DNA from: the human T2T-CHM13v2.0 reference genome, Homo sapiens
NCBI RefSeq assembly: GCF_009914755.1
Contig: NC_060929.1
Direction: 5' to 3' (one strand)
DNA: 64,000 bases
Under the pieces are notes generated by a model. The model was not told where the DNA came from and ran no database searches. It saw only the letters and a list, made by a program, of their open reading frames with translations. Positions 31,199-46,935 of the stretch are shown here, one piece after another. The position numbers and the translations under genes are program-made. The stretch's first letter is position 1. The number at the start of each line of letters is the position of its first letter.

Positions 31199-31455
31199 AC
31201 AATGAGAACACATGGACACAGGAAGGGGAACATCACATACCGGAGCCTGTTGTGGGGTGGGGGGAGGGTGGAGGGATAGCATTAGGAGATACACCTAATA
31301 TTAAATGATGAGTTAATGGGTGCAGCCCACCAACATGGCGCTTGTGTACATATGTAACTAACCTGCACGTTGTGCACATGTACCCTAAAACTTAAAGTAT
31401 AATAAAAAAAAATAAAATTACAAACATATTTACAAAAAAAAAAAAAAGATAGGAA

Positions 31456-31851
31456 TATCAGGCCTCTGAGTCCAAGCATGTGGTATATATCCAGATGGCC
31501 TGAAGCAACTGAAGAATCACAAAAGAAGCACAAATTGCCGGTTCCTGCTTTAACTGATGACATTGCCTTGTGAAATTCCTTCTCCTGGCTCAGAAGCTCC
31601 CCCAATGAGCACCTTGTGACCCCCACCCCTGCCCTCAAGAGAACAACCCCCTTTGACTGTAATTTTCCACTACCTACACAAATCCCATAAAACTGCCCCA
31701 CCCCTAACTCCCTTTGCTAACTGTCTTTCAGACTCAGCCCACCTGCACCCAGGTAATTAAAAAGCTTTATTGCTCACACAAAGCCTGTTGGTGGCCTCTT
31801 CAAACGGACACAAAGCCTGTTGGTGGTCTCTTCACACAGATGTGTGTGACA
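31456..31851 (+). promoter_or_regulatory. HERV-H 3' LTR (LTR7 family)
   Basis: TATCAGGCCTCTGAG...TGTGACA; TATA box changed to CATAAAA (31686); ATTAAA at 31756-31761; internal 32-bp duplication. Confidence 0.95.
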
Positions 31852-31877
31852 GTAACTGTGGTTAATAAGAATGTATT

Positions 31878-32017
31878 GGTGTGCTGCATCCACTAACTCA
31901 TCATTTACATTAGGTATATCTCCTAATGCTATCCCTCCCCCCTCCTCCCACCCCACAGCAGGCCCCAGTGTGTGATGTTCCCCATCCTGTGTCCAAGTGT
32001 TCTCATTGTTCAATTCC
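31878..32017 (-). mobile_element. Doubly truncated L1PA5-like 3'UTR fragment
   Basis: Reverse complement reads GAATTGAACAATGAGAACAC...CCTAATGTAAATGATGAGTTAGTGGATGCAGCACAC; no polyA and no TSD. Confidence 0.9.
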
Positions 32018-33059
32018 TCTGTTAACTGCAAAGTCACAGGGGGAACAGCTGAGGGGCAGTCCAGTGGTCCTGTGCGGCTGCCCCAGAGGGGGCAGCTTGA
32101 GGAGGGATGGATAACTTGAGACTGCCACCTTGCATCCTCTCAAGCTAGACTAGAAGAATCTGATCATCAGGCATATGTACATAATAAACCCCACAACACC
32201 CTGCAAAATGTACTTTGTCCTTTCAACAGAAAAACTCAAATTCATGAGGTGTTGGGTTTTGAAATGATTAGTTTGTCGAACTGTCACAGATATAAAATAT
32301 TTCAAGAAATTTTTGTGTGGAATAATTCCTGAAAAACAAAACAGTTTGAGACATTTTTCTTGGGAAGCTATTTTGAAGTTGCATTGAGCATCTCTACTGT
32401 TTAGAGGTTTTATTAAATGAAAAAAGTAATCACAAAAGTAATTCTGATCCAGGACTATATATTGGATAGAGCCCAATACAATGCCTTTTATATATAAACT
32501 GTCCAATTATTGTATTCTGTTTTCCATTTAGGCTCCCCTTGCTCTTCATTGCATCCTGTAAAGAAATTGCATCATCTCTAAAACTTGCACAAAATACTCA
32601 AAACAAAAATAGCCACAAGCAAATGGTGAAGTCCTAGTGCTAGACTCAGATATGAAGAGACCCCAAGAACTGGAAAGATTATTCTGTTCATCTCTCCTAC
32701 CTCTAGTATATTTTTTAAAGTAAAAACAATCCTAAGCTCCCTGAAACTTAGAGGTATGCTGAAATTAAGATTGCTTCTTTCTAGATTTTCTGATAAATGC
32801 ATCAAAGCTTAACTTTTTCCTTCTCTCTCTCTTAATCTCTTTCCCTTCCATATTTGCTCTATCCTTGTCTCAAGAGTGACTGAGCATGTAGTTAGTTGAC
32901 CTGTTGGATAATGTAGCCCTGGGGGTATTAACAAACCTTCTATATATTTCCTTGGAATAAGTAGGGAATTATTTCAGGTGAAAAGGAGTTACTTTCCAGG
33001 TCTTATTACACCAGAATTAACCAAAACCCTGTTTAATCAATAGATATTAAGTAAAGAGT

Positions 33060-33295
33060 AATATAAATGTTTGCATTCTTATATATACTGACCACTGTTC
33101 TAAGTGTTTTACATGTATTACCATCGTGCAACTCCAAAGGGCTTTATTTTTAGTTTTCATTTTACAGAAGAAGAAACATGGGCAAAAAAATTAAGAAACT
33201 TATTCAAGGTCACAGTTGTAATAAGCAGCAAAATTGGACACTGGACTTCAGCAGTATGGCTTCAGGTTTTAATGCTGTATCACTGCTCTACTCAA
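33060..33295 (-). mobile_element. MIR SINE
   Basis: CACTGTTCTAAGTGTTTTACATGTATTA...CATTTTACAGAAGAAGAAAC...TTAAGAAACTTATTCAAGGTCACA. Confidence 0.75.
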
Positions 33296-33394
33296 TAAAA
33301 ATTAATAATAGCAGGCACTTTCATGGTGTTAGACACTACGCTATGTATATGAGCATTGTAAATCTTCACAAAAGCTTTATTAGGTGTGCTCATT

Positions 33395-33845
33395 TTTCAT
33401 TTACCTCTTCAGACACTTTTCACACTTCCATACTCTGTGCCTTAAGAGACTGATCTTTGGGACTGGAAATTTTGCTTTATGTTTTCTGGTTGTTTTTTTT
33501 TTGCCAATGAGAGTTCCCAGCGTGAGATCAGAAGGTGGAAGCAAAGTGAGGCCATAGTAGTTATTACCCTAATTCCTTCCCTTTTGGGGGCACTGCAGGT
33601 TGGCTGCATCCCTCTCTCAAAGACAATAGCACCCATTTATTTGGTTTTCTCCAAGTCTGTCTCTCTGGATTCTGGTAATAGCTTCCCTCTCTTACCCATT
33701 GGGTCTAGCGGTGTTAAAATCTCTTTGCTGTTGCTAGCTCAGGGGTGCTCCAATGACCTGCTCATAACTTTATAAATAATCTCTTCATTAAACTTTCCAC
33801 AAAAACTCTGTGAGTTATTGTTTTCCTGCTGGTACTCAGACCCCC
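33395..33845 (+). mobile_element. LTR33-like (ERVL) solo LTR
   Basis: CTCTGTGCC..GACTGATC, GCCAATGAGAG..CAGCGTGAGATCAGAAGGTGG..AGTGAGG, CTGTTGCTAGCTCAGGGGTGCT, CTTCATTAAACT. Confidence 0.7.
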
Positions 33846-34452
33846 AAGGTATATTCTGTTGTTATCAGAACCTTATTTGACTTAGGAGGCACAAAGGGAA
33901 GTTAAGTAAAGGACACAAGGTAATTGGTAGAATTGGGATTAAAACCCCAGCAGTCACTATACTTTTCTGTCCCTCAGCTTCAGTAAATGCTGGGCTTTCT
34001 ACAAAAGGATAAATAACAGATAGTATACTGTAGCTAATGATAGTAATGCAAAACTTCATGGCATAGAAGTACTCTGGGGTAAATATAATAGTACATTCAC
34101 ATTTATTAAACATTTATCACAGTTTTTAAAGTGTCAAACACTTTGTTAGATTTGCAGGATAAATCACCAACAGAACAGTCTTGGTTTTAAGAAATTGTGG
34201 ACAGTCCAAAGACTCACTTATTTACTCTCCAATGTTTTAGATTTGATTAGCAAGGAGTGATATAACAAGAAAGCCTTGGCATTCAATACACTTGTGCTGT
34301 TATTGCTCAAAATATATAACTTTAAAATTGTTTCTTGTGAATCATTAATGTTAATAAATGATTAGTATTATGTTTTCTTTTCATAGGAAGTAGAGATTCT
34401 TCTCTTTTATTATGTACATTTAACATGGCTCAATATAATCTAACTATAGAGT

Positions 34453-34585
34453 CTTACACAATTGAATGACTTTTAAAGTGCTACTTACACAATTGAATGA
34501 CTTTTAAAATGCTAATTGGGATTCTATTCAACAAATAGATTTTTTGGCTTTAATTCTATTTATTCTACAAATAGAATCCCAATTA
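34453..34585. repeat. 31-bp tandem duplication followed by a 16-bp perfect inverted repeat
   Basis: CTTACACAATTGAATGACTTTTAAA(G/A)TGCTA x2 (34453, 34484); TAATTGGGATTCTATT (34513-34528) / AATAGAATCCCAATTA (34570-34585). Confidence 0.92.
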
Positions 34586-35030
34586 ATACATATGTGAATT
34601 CCTTTTCCTTACTAATCAAAATATTACCTTGGTGGGGAATCATTCCACTATAAGCTTTTTAGAGAAAAGAGCCCTGAACTGGGAATAATAGTCCTGGATT
34701 CTGCTGCCAACTTTGACTTTAATTTGTGAGATCTGTTTTAAATAGTCTAGTGGTTCTGGGCTGCAGTTTTCTAATCTGTGTAATAATGAAGCTGGGCTAA
34801 GTGATCTTTTAACACTACGGTTCTACAATTATTTGATTAACTACTATTGTGTTTATCTCTAAAAAATGTTAAGAGATGCAAAGAAGTGAAGGAATACATC
34901 TAAGATAAAAATTGTATTCAGTGATACAATTGGATCAATTTCATTGACTCAGTTATATCAATACCAGTTGAGTTGCAGTGATATATGGGTCTCTTGATAC
35001 CTGTTCTCTGACTGTAGTCCCTAGAAAAGA

Positions 35031-35425
35031 ATGTATTAGTTAGAATAATGTTAGCTGCTATAATAAATAGACCCAAAATATATAGTAGCTCAAAAATAAT
35101 AGGAATTTATTGATTCATGTGTGGCTCTTTTTTACTTAAGGACTCATGGATCTAGGCTCTGACATTTTCAAAACACGACTGTCAAGATCATTGTGGTTTA
35201 TCCCCATTTCTGACAGCCAGAATGTAGAAAGAACAGAGAGAAACATATTCACAGTTGACATAGGTTATGTCTGGAAGTGGCACGTACCACTACTTCCATT
35301 CACAGTCCATTTGCCAGAACTCAATACATGGCCCCACCTAAATGCAAGGAAAGCTAAGGAATATAGCATAGGTGTATACTCAAGAAAAGAGAAGCACATG
35401 GATTTTAGTAAACCATTAGCAATCT
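35031..35425 (-). mobile_element. MLT1-family (old MaLR) LTR
   Basis: TTAGCTGCTATAATAAATAGACCCAAAAT...GGAAGTGGCAC..CCATTGCCAGAACTCAATACATGGCCCCACCTAAATGCAAGG. Confidence 0.7.
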
Positions 35426-36584
35426 TTGCTTTAGAATGGAAGTGACATATGCGATGACTTTTTTTTTTAATCTTCAGGGAAATTACCTTATTCTTTCTAG
35501 GTTGTCAGGTGTCATATTTTAATAAGTTGTTTCTGTAAATCCTATTCCCATCAGCTTTGTAATTTCTGTTTACAGCCATTGCTTTTCTTGAAGGCTCATA
35601 TATTAGTTACTTCAATTAAAATAAAAAAGAGACAATGACCTAAGCAGGAGAGGAAGTATTTATTCTTGTACATGATTCTGAAGGAGCCAGTAAAGAGAAA
35701 GAAAAGTAAAGGGAAAACAAATATGAAGGAACAAAAATATTTTTTAAAAAGAGGGGAAAATGATCTGGGTGGAGCAGTGGCACCCATAATGGTGCTCTGA
35801 AGTGCCATTCTTTCAGGAGAAATGAGTCAAGAGTCAGTCATAAGATTATGACTGGAGTGGGATGTGCTGCCTTCAGGAGTATCCCTGGCAAAGGAGATCT
35901 GAAAACTATGGCTTTTGTGGTTTGCTTCTTGTTTCTTGCTAGGAAATAAATGGAACCACAAGCATACCAGTGGATCCTCTTTTCCCCTCAGTCTTCTTCA
36001 CTCCCAACATTTGTTGCAGGCTCTCCTGCTGCGTTGCTCTCCCCAGCTATAAAATACTGAGAATGCCTTGGGGTAGCATGTTTTCCATCCAAAATTATGA
36101 TTCATGAATTCTCTTTGTTATAAACTAACCTGCAGAATGAGGAAGGAAAGAAGAAAAAGGCAGGAGAAACATATTTTTGGCTTTAATTCTGAGACTTGGG
36201 TTGTGAGGCATTCCAAGAACTCCACTGAAATTTGACTTATCATAATAGCATTTTCAAAAATATAAACAAGAACACAACAAATCAAAATATGAGAAAGGTG
36301 ACTGTTCCAGTGAAACTCAGAGGATAAGTGATACAGACGAAGTTAACTCGAGAATACGGTTTAATTGTTTAACTTATGAACAGTCATTTATGTAGTACAT
36401 GTCTAATTATGTCCTTTGGGGAGGCAAGAATCATATCCTATGAAGGCTGGCTCTGATATTGTTTGCCTACACAGCATGGTATTAGTCCAGCCAATTTCTG
36501 TATTTGGTAACACTTGTAAGTTTATTTATTCATTCAGACATATGAGAAGAAGGATGATCCAAGTTACATGAAAGAAAGGGCATT

Positions 36585-36745
36585 TCATTACTAAATGGGA
36601 GGCCTGTGTTTTAGTACTGGCTTCTTATGTTATTATGTGACATTAAGCAAATTATTTAGCCTCTCTAGGGCAAGGTTTCCTCATTAGTAAAATATGTTGC
36701 TGTAGTTGATAATCTTTAAGGGTTCATTCAATGTTGACATTCTGC
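36585..36745 (+). mobile_element. MIR SINE
   Basis: TGTGACATTAAGCAAATTATTTAGCCTCTCTAGGGCAAGGTTTCCTCATTAGTAAAAT. Confidence 0.65.
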
Positions 36746-37735
36746 AACTGTTGGTTATCAACAAATATATATTTGGTTTAATAAGTTTTCCTTTAATATT
36801 CAACAAATACATGTTGAAATGAATGCATTCAGAATATTATTGTGCTTACTGTGGGAATTCATAAATTATTAAGGTATGGTTCTTGCTCATAAGATGCTTA
36901 TAGGAGAGTAGGAGATATAAGACATTTATTTAAAAACTGCAATATATAATAGAGTGTTAAATGCTACTTACAAATTCACTTCTTATATGGTGAGGATTTA
37001 CCTGGGGAAATTTCTGTCTCCATTTTCTTCTCCTTCCAGGCCAGATTATCTTTCCAAAAGTTCAGGTGAGAGGTAGGGTGATGGGAGAGAATGCACAGAT
37101 CCTCCTGAGACTATAGCCCTGATTAAGGCAGCATGGATATATGGGAACCCCTATCCTTGAGACACAGCTAATGTACTTCAATATCAAAAGAGGTAAAACT
37201 AAGCTCTGGTTTCTTTATTTAATGCATCATCTGAAAAAAGTAAGTTTCCAGTAACCAAAGTGTATAAGAATTATTTCTCACTAGAAAATAACTCTGTCCT
37301 TATATGCAAGAGAAAGAAGAAGATAAACTATTTTCCTTTTTATGTGTGGCCCAATATACAGACTATGTGATTTCAGAATGAAGAACACCAGATTTTGAAC
37401 CTGGACACTGTTTCTTCAACCTTAAGCCAATTGCGTAAATTCCCTTTATATAAAAGTAGAGGTAGCTGTACTTGCCTCACAGACTTGTACAGTTTAAAAA
37501 TAAATGGCACTCAATAAATGTTTGTTTTCTTCTTTCATAGTCAAATAAATGAACAATAATTATTTATTTACCTAACATATATGTTTAGTCATCTGTTTTC
37601 CATTGAGGAAGTTACCTTCACTGCCAAGTTGACTGAAACTTAGATATTTTTTATTTCTTAGAAGATATATTGGATGAAAGTTCAAAAGTTTATGTAAATA
37701 GAACCCATTAGCAGGAAGAGTGAGGCTTCTGATGG

Positions 37736-37948
37736 TTTTTTTTTTTTTTTTTAAAGATACAGGGTGTCATTCTCACCTAGGGGATGGAGTGCAGCAGCAC
37801 AATCATACCTCACTGCAGCCTTGAACTCCTGGGCTTAAGCAATCTTCCTGCCACAGCCTCTCAAGTAGCCAGGACTACAGGCATGCATCACCACGCCTGG
37901 CTAATTGTTTACTTTTTTGTAGATACGGGTTCTCGCTATGTTGCCCAT
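37736..37948 (-). mobile_element. AluJ, 5'-truncated
   Basis: PolyT, then GGAGTGCAGCAGCACAATCATACCTCACTGCAGCCTTGAACTCCTGGGCTTAAGC (AluJ diagnostics). Confidence 0.9.
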
Positions 37949-40789
37949 CATGGTTCTGACTCATTTTATTCTTACTCTTCTTTTTTCTTCCTTTTCTTTT
38001 TCCAGTAGATGCCCAGAATGTAAGGGATTTTGGTTGTGATTCATTATCTCTCAGGTGCTATGTCTAAGATAAAAGGTCAGTTTTTGTTTCTATTCTACAC
38101 AGATTCCTCCCAATAACATTAGCTGAGCAAGGCAAGAGCAACTAGTCTTTAAACATTGATGTCATGGGACAGTGAATGTTTAAACCAAGCAAAACTTCTC
38201 TCCCTCACATCTGTGTTCCTCCTTGTTATTCTCTTCTTCCTTAATAACTCTTGCAAAAGCCAGATTGTGTATCTTCTCACACTTGACTCTGAAAAGATAT
38301 CTACACTCTTGTTTTGTTGACATCTAATGGAGAATTCCATTATATAAGAAAGAACCATCTGGATCATGAGAACATGGCCTATACCACACTCACTCTATCA
38401 GTTTATCATAGTTAGCATGATAGATACCAAAGGAGGTTATAGCAGCTCCTTCCTTAGAGATATTTAACTTTGTTATCATTAGGAACCATCTGACTTGGGT
38501 TCAGAAGATGGAACTATATGACATCTGGAGGCTTTTTCAATGCTGTTAACTCTATTTCCCAGATGTTGGTGTTGTGGTTTGCAGATACTGCAATCAGGAG
38601 CAGCATGCAAACAATAAGGGATTCAAATTCCTGTTGTGACCTGTATTGCCACATCTTAACTCATGCACCTTTTCTGGAAACACATAGAAAAGAGACAAAT
38701 TGGGTGTGCAGCAAATAACAGCAAAGTCAGTGGGAGTAGATAAGTGGTATACAAAATGCCTTACTCTTGTAAGGCACTGAGATGAGTCTCCATACAGGCT
38801 CACTTTTTCAAATAGTTTGAAGTAATTGCTCTCATAGTTACACCATTTCAAGGTGGAAAATTATCTTCCCAGGAAGCGCACACAATAGCAGTGAGAAGAT
38901 ACTTGGTTTTTGTTCAGTGGGGTTTAAAATAAACTATGTTTATAAATTTGCGTTGAAGTTCATATCATATTTCAGTGTCCTGGTCAGTCTTAACAAACTA
39001 CAAAGTTAAAAATGCATAAGGCAGCTGGACAAACAAAATTAGATTCAATAAACAAAGCCAGATTAAATGAAGCAGTTAGTTCAGGATTCTGTATTGGGCA
39101 GTGGTTGGGGGTGTGGTGAGGAGAGCACCAATCAATTTAATATCAGCAATTAAAACATGTTTGAGATGGAGGAAATATTCAATTGAATTAATATATCAAT
39201 TGAACATACTTTTTAGGTTGTAAAGTGCGAATATTTATTCTTTGGAATATTATCTCTTTAAAGTGCAAACACAAAAAGGTTTTAGAAGACCCGTAAGACA
39301 AAGCATACTGTTGTGAAAAATGATTAATTGCTGCATTAGCTACCTAGCTGTTAAATTTTGGGCAAGTTCCCAAGGCTTTGCCAAGATAATGTTTCTTCTA
39401 GATTTTAGTTTCTTCATCTGCGAAGTAAGAGGTTGGAATAGATAATTTCTAAGGTCTATCTATCTCTTTTATAAGGTCGCATGATTATCTAACAATTGAT
39501 GAATTCAACATTCACTGTGGATTGAGGGCTATGATGAACCAGAGTTACCCTAGGTGCTGTGGACACAGGGGTACATAAGGAAGTGACCCTGTCCAAGGGT
39601 CCGGAATTTCTGTCTCCGGCATGTCTGCACATCCTAAAGAGCTTGTTTAGGATTATAGTATCTCCTTTTTTTCATTCACATCCTAAGATCCACATGGAGT
39701 GTGTTACTAGAGGTGTCTCTGTATACATGAAGTTGGTCATGAATTACTGAATGGGAAAGGAGAGCATTAGTAATATTAGCAATATTGCTATTAGAAGTGG
39801 AATGCTCTAATGGATTGCTAACTATAGGGACATCTATTTTCTTGGTCTTTAGGACACAAAAGTAAGCACCAGGAAGATGAAGAAGAGCAATTACTTCAGT
39901 TAAGAGGAATGAACATGGGGAGGGAAAAAATTTATAAAGATGGGCTAGGAAGATTAGGGACATTTTAGTGGGGGCACATGCTTAAATCAGTGAAATTGTA
40001 ATGGGTGTGAGTTAGGTAGACAGTGACAGGTTTACTACATTTGTGCATTTCATTGTATTAAAAGTGGGGAACCCCCGGGAAGAGTGAAAAAGAGAAACTT
40101 TAGGGAAAAAAGAGTATTTCCATGAATATAGCAGTAAGGTTTTAGGGGAAAAAGTGTTGAATGAAATACATGAACGGTTTTAAATAAGTTAATATGTAAC
40201 AAGTAAATAGGTTAGTAAGGAAAGTTTGAATAATTAAAGCGCATTTCAAAGAATATAACTTTGTTTTAGGAGTGAAGGTTTTGTTACAGCTAAGCTGTGT
40301 TGGTTGTAGGCCTGATTCATGCTCTCTTGTTATGAACTGGCTTTCATTGTCTGGTTTACTGTATTTTGTATTCCAATATCTACTCTATGTTACATTGTGT
40401 GATGATATGCTCTTCCTTTAAGCATGTTTTTAAATGATGAGCATAATGAACTGGGGTTAGGTGTCTAAGGAATAAGTGCCTAAGTTTTCCAAATACTTGG
40501 TTATAGAATTTTCTCATGGTTTGAAGTATAGCTCAACAATTTGGCTGAGGATTGCAGAATTGTTAATTGTCTGCTGAACTTCACATTTTATCAATAAACA
40601 AATCGAGAGCTCATGACAAAAAGTTTTAATTTATCTTAACATAATCATTCACCATGAAAATTTGCTAAAAGTGTGCATCTCTCTAGGTTATGATGTATGA
40701 GTTTCCAGCTTTGAAAAAACTCTATAAATAAAATTCTGGATAGAGGAGATAAATCAGAGTATAATTATTCTCAGTGAGAGTAAGACCTT

Positions 40790-41125
40790 TCATTTTTATT
40801 AAAAAATTATAGAATTATATTTATGTTATATATGTATAACAAATTAAATATAAAAACAAATTTCATAATTATATTTATATTTAATTGGTTATATATAACA
40901 AATATAATTCTATAATTATATAGAATTATAAAATATAAAATAATATACAAAATATTATATAAAATATATGTATTATTTATTTATATATTTATGTATAATA
41001 TATTCATATATATTTATGTATAATATTTATATATCATAAATAAAATACTATATAAAATATAAAAATAGTATAAAAATAACATAAAAATAATTCCATAATT
41101 ATTTTTATATTGGTTTTATATGTAT
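40790..41125. repeat. AT-rich low-complexity tract
   Basis: Almost pure A/T with TATA(A)n-type units and internal direct and inverted repeats. Confidence 0.9.
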
Positions 41126-41292
41126 AAAGATTTGCAAATCAAAAATCAAAATTAGTTATGGCTATGGAAGGCCATATTCATTATATGTGTGGCATAATAT
41201 GTGCTCCAAAGAATTTTTCATTTGGTAAAGAATTATATAGTAAGTTGCCATTATCTAGTTTATTATTAGTTTATGATGCATGTATATTCAAG

Positions 41293-41785
41293 GTGTGGTG
41301 GTTTTAAAATATGTCCACAAATTCTTTGTCACATTTCCCATTGAGAAGTGGCATCTATGTCCCCTTCCCTTAGAACTGGATGGACCTTTGTCACTGCTTC
41401 AACTAATAGAGTATGAAACTGCTACGTTGCTTGCTGGAATACTTATTCTTAAAGCCATTAACTGCCAGGTCAGTGCTCTTGACTGCCTTGAAGCCACCAT
41501 CCTACGAAGAAACTTAAACTAATCCATGTGGAAAAACCACATGGAAACAGTGTGAGACTCCATGAAGACGGAGATGATCATTTAGTCCCTAGACTCCTGT
41601 CTCCTGCTGTTCTGATTTCAGTCACCATCTGACTGCAACTACCTAACAGATTCTGAGCCATAGCTCAGCCAAGCCCTTCCTGAAGTACTGAATCAAAGAA
41701 ATGGAGAGAGATAATAAAATGGTGGTTGTTGCTTTAAGCCACTAAATTTTGGAGTAATTTGTTATGCATTAATAGTAGCTGAAAA
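41293..41785 (+). mobile_element. MLT1 (F/G/H-like) MaLR LTR
   Basis: TGTGGTGGTTTTAAAATATGTCCACAAATTCTTTG...TTTAAGCCACTAAATTTTGGAGTAATTTGTTATGCA. Confidence 0.8.
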
Positions 41786-42033
41786 ATAAGGAAACTGAGA
41801 GGCCTGCTCAAGGCCTCAGTTTTTTTAAAAATATACTTTAAGTTATAGGGTACATGTGTACAACAAGCAGGATTGTTATGTATGTATACATGTGCCATGT
41901 TGGTGTGCTGCACTCATTAACTCGAAATTTACATTAGGTATATCTCCTAATGCTATACCTCCACCCTCCCCCAACCCCACAAAAGGCCCCAGTGTGTGAT
42001 GTTCCCCTTCTTGTGTCCAAGTGTTCTCATTGT

Positions 42034-45855
<3,822 letters not shown>

Positions 45856-45918
45856 TATGATGTTAGCTGGTTATTTTGCTTGTTAGTTGATGCAGTTTCT
45901 TCCTAGCATCAGTGGTCT

Positions 45919-46935
45919 TTACAATTTGGCATGTTTTTCCAGTGGCTGGTACCGGTTGTTCCTTTCCATGTTTAGTGCTTCCTTCAGGAGCTCTTGTGGG
46001 GCTGACCTGCTAGTGATAAAATCTCTCAGTATTTGCTTGCATATAAAGGATTTTATTTCTCTTTCACGTATGAAGTTTGTTTGGTTGGATATGAAATTCT
46101 GGGTTGAAAATTCTTTTCTTTAAGAATGTTGAATATTGGCCCCCACTGTCTTCTGGTTTGTAGGGTTTCTGCCGAGAGATGTGCTGTTAGTCTGATGGGC
46201 TTCCCTTTGTGGGTAAACCAACCTTTCTCTCTGGCTGTCCTTAACATTTTTTCCTTCATTTCAACTTTGGTAAATCTGACAATTATGTGTCTTGGAGTTG
46301 CTCTTCTCGAGGAGTATCTTTGTGGGTTTCTCTCTATTTCCTGAATTTGAATGTTGGCCAGCCTTGCTAGATTGGAGAAGTTCTCCTGGATAATATCCTG
46401 CAGAGTGTTTTCCAAGTTGGTTCCATTCTCCCCATCACTTTCAGGTACACCAGTCAGAGATAGATTTGGTCTTTTCACATAGTCCCATATTTGTTGGAGG
46501 GTTTTTTTGTTTCTTATTACTCTTTTTTCTCTAAACTTTTCTTCTCACTTCATTTCACTCATTTGATGTTCAATCACTGATACTCTTTCTTCCAGTAGAT
46601 CAAATCGGCTACTGGAGCTTGTGCATTCATCACATAGTTCTCGTGCCATGGTTTTCAGCTCCATCAGGTCATTTAAGGACTTCTCTACACTGTTTATTCT
46701 AGTTAGCCATTTGTCTAATCTTTTTTCAAGGTTTTTAGCTTTTTGTGATGGGTTCGCACTTCCTCCTTTAGCTCAGAAAAGTTTGATTGTCTGAAGCCTT
46801 CTTCTCTCAACTCGTCAAAGTCATTCTCTGTCAGCTTTGTTCTGTTACTCTTGAGGAGCTGCATTCCTTTGGAGGAGGCTAGGTGCTCAGATTTTTAGAA
46901 TTTTCAGCTTTCCTGCTCGGTTTATTTTTTTCCAT
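45919..46935 (-). pseudogene. L1 ORF1p, disrupted
   Basis: KRPNL...RATPRHIIVRF...WGPIFNILKEK fragment (46053-46478); stops and frameshifts elsewhere. Confidence 0.92.
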
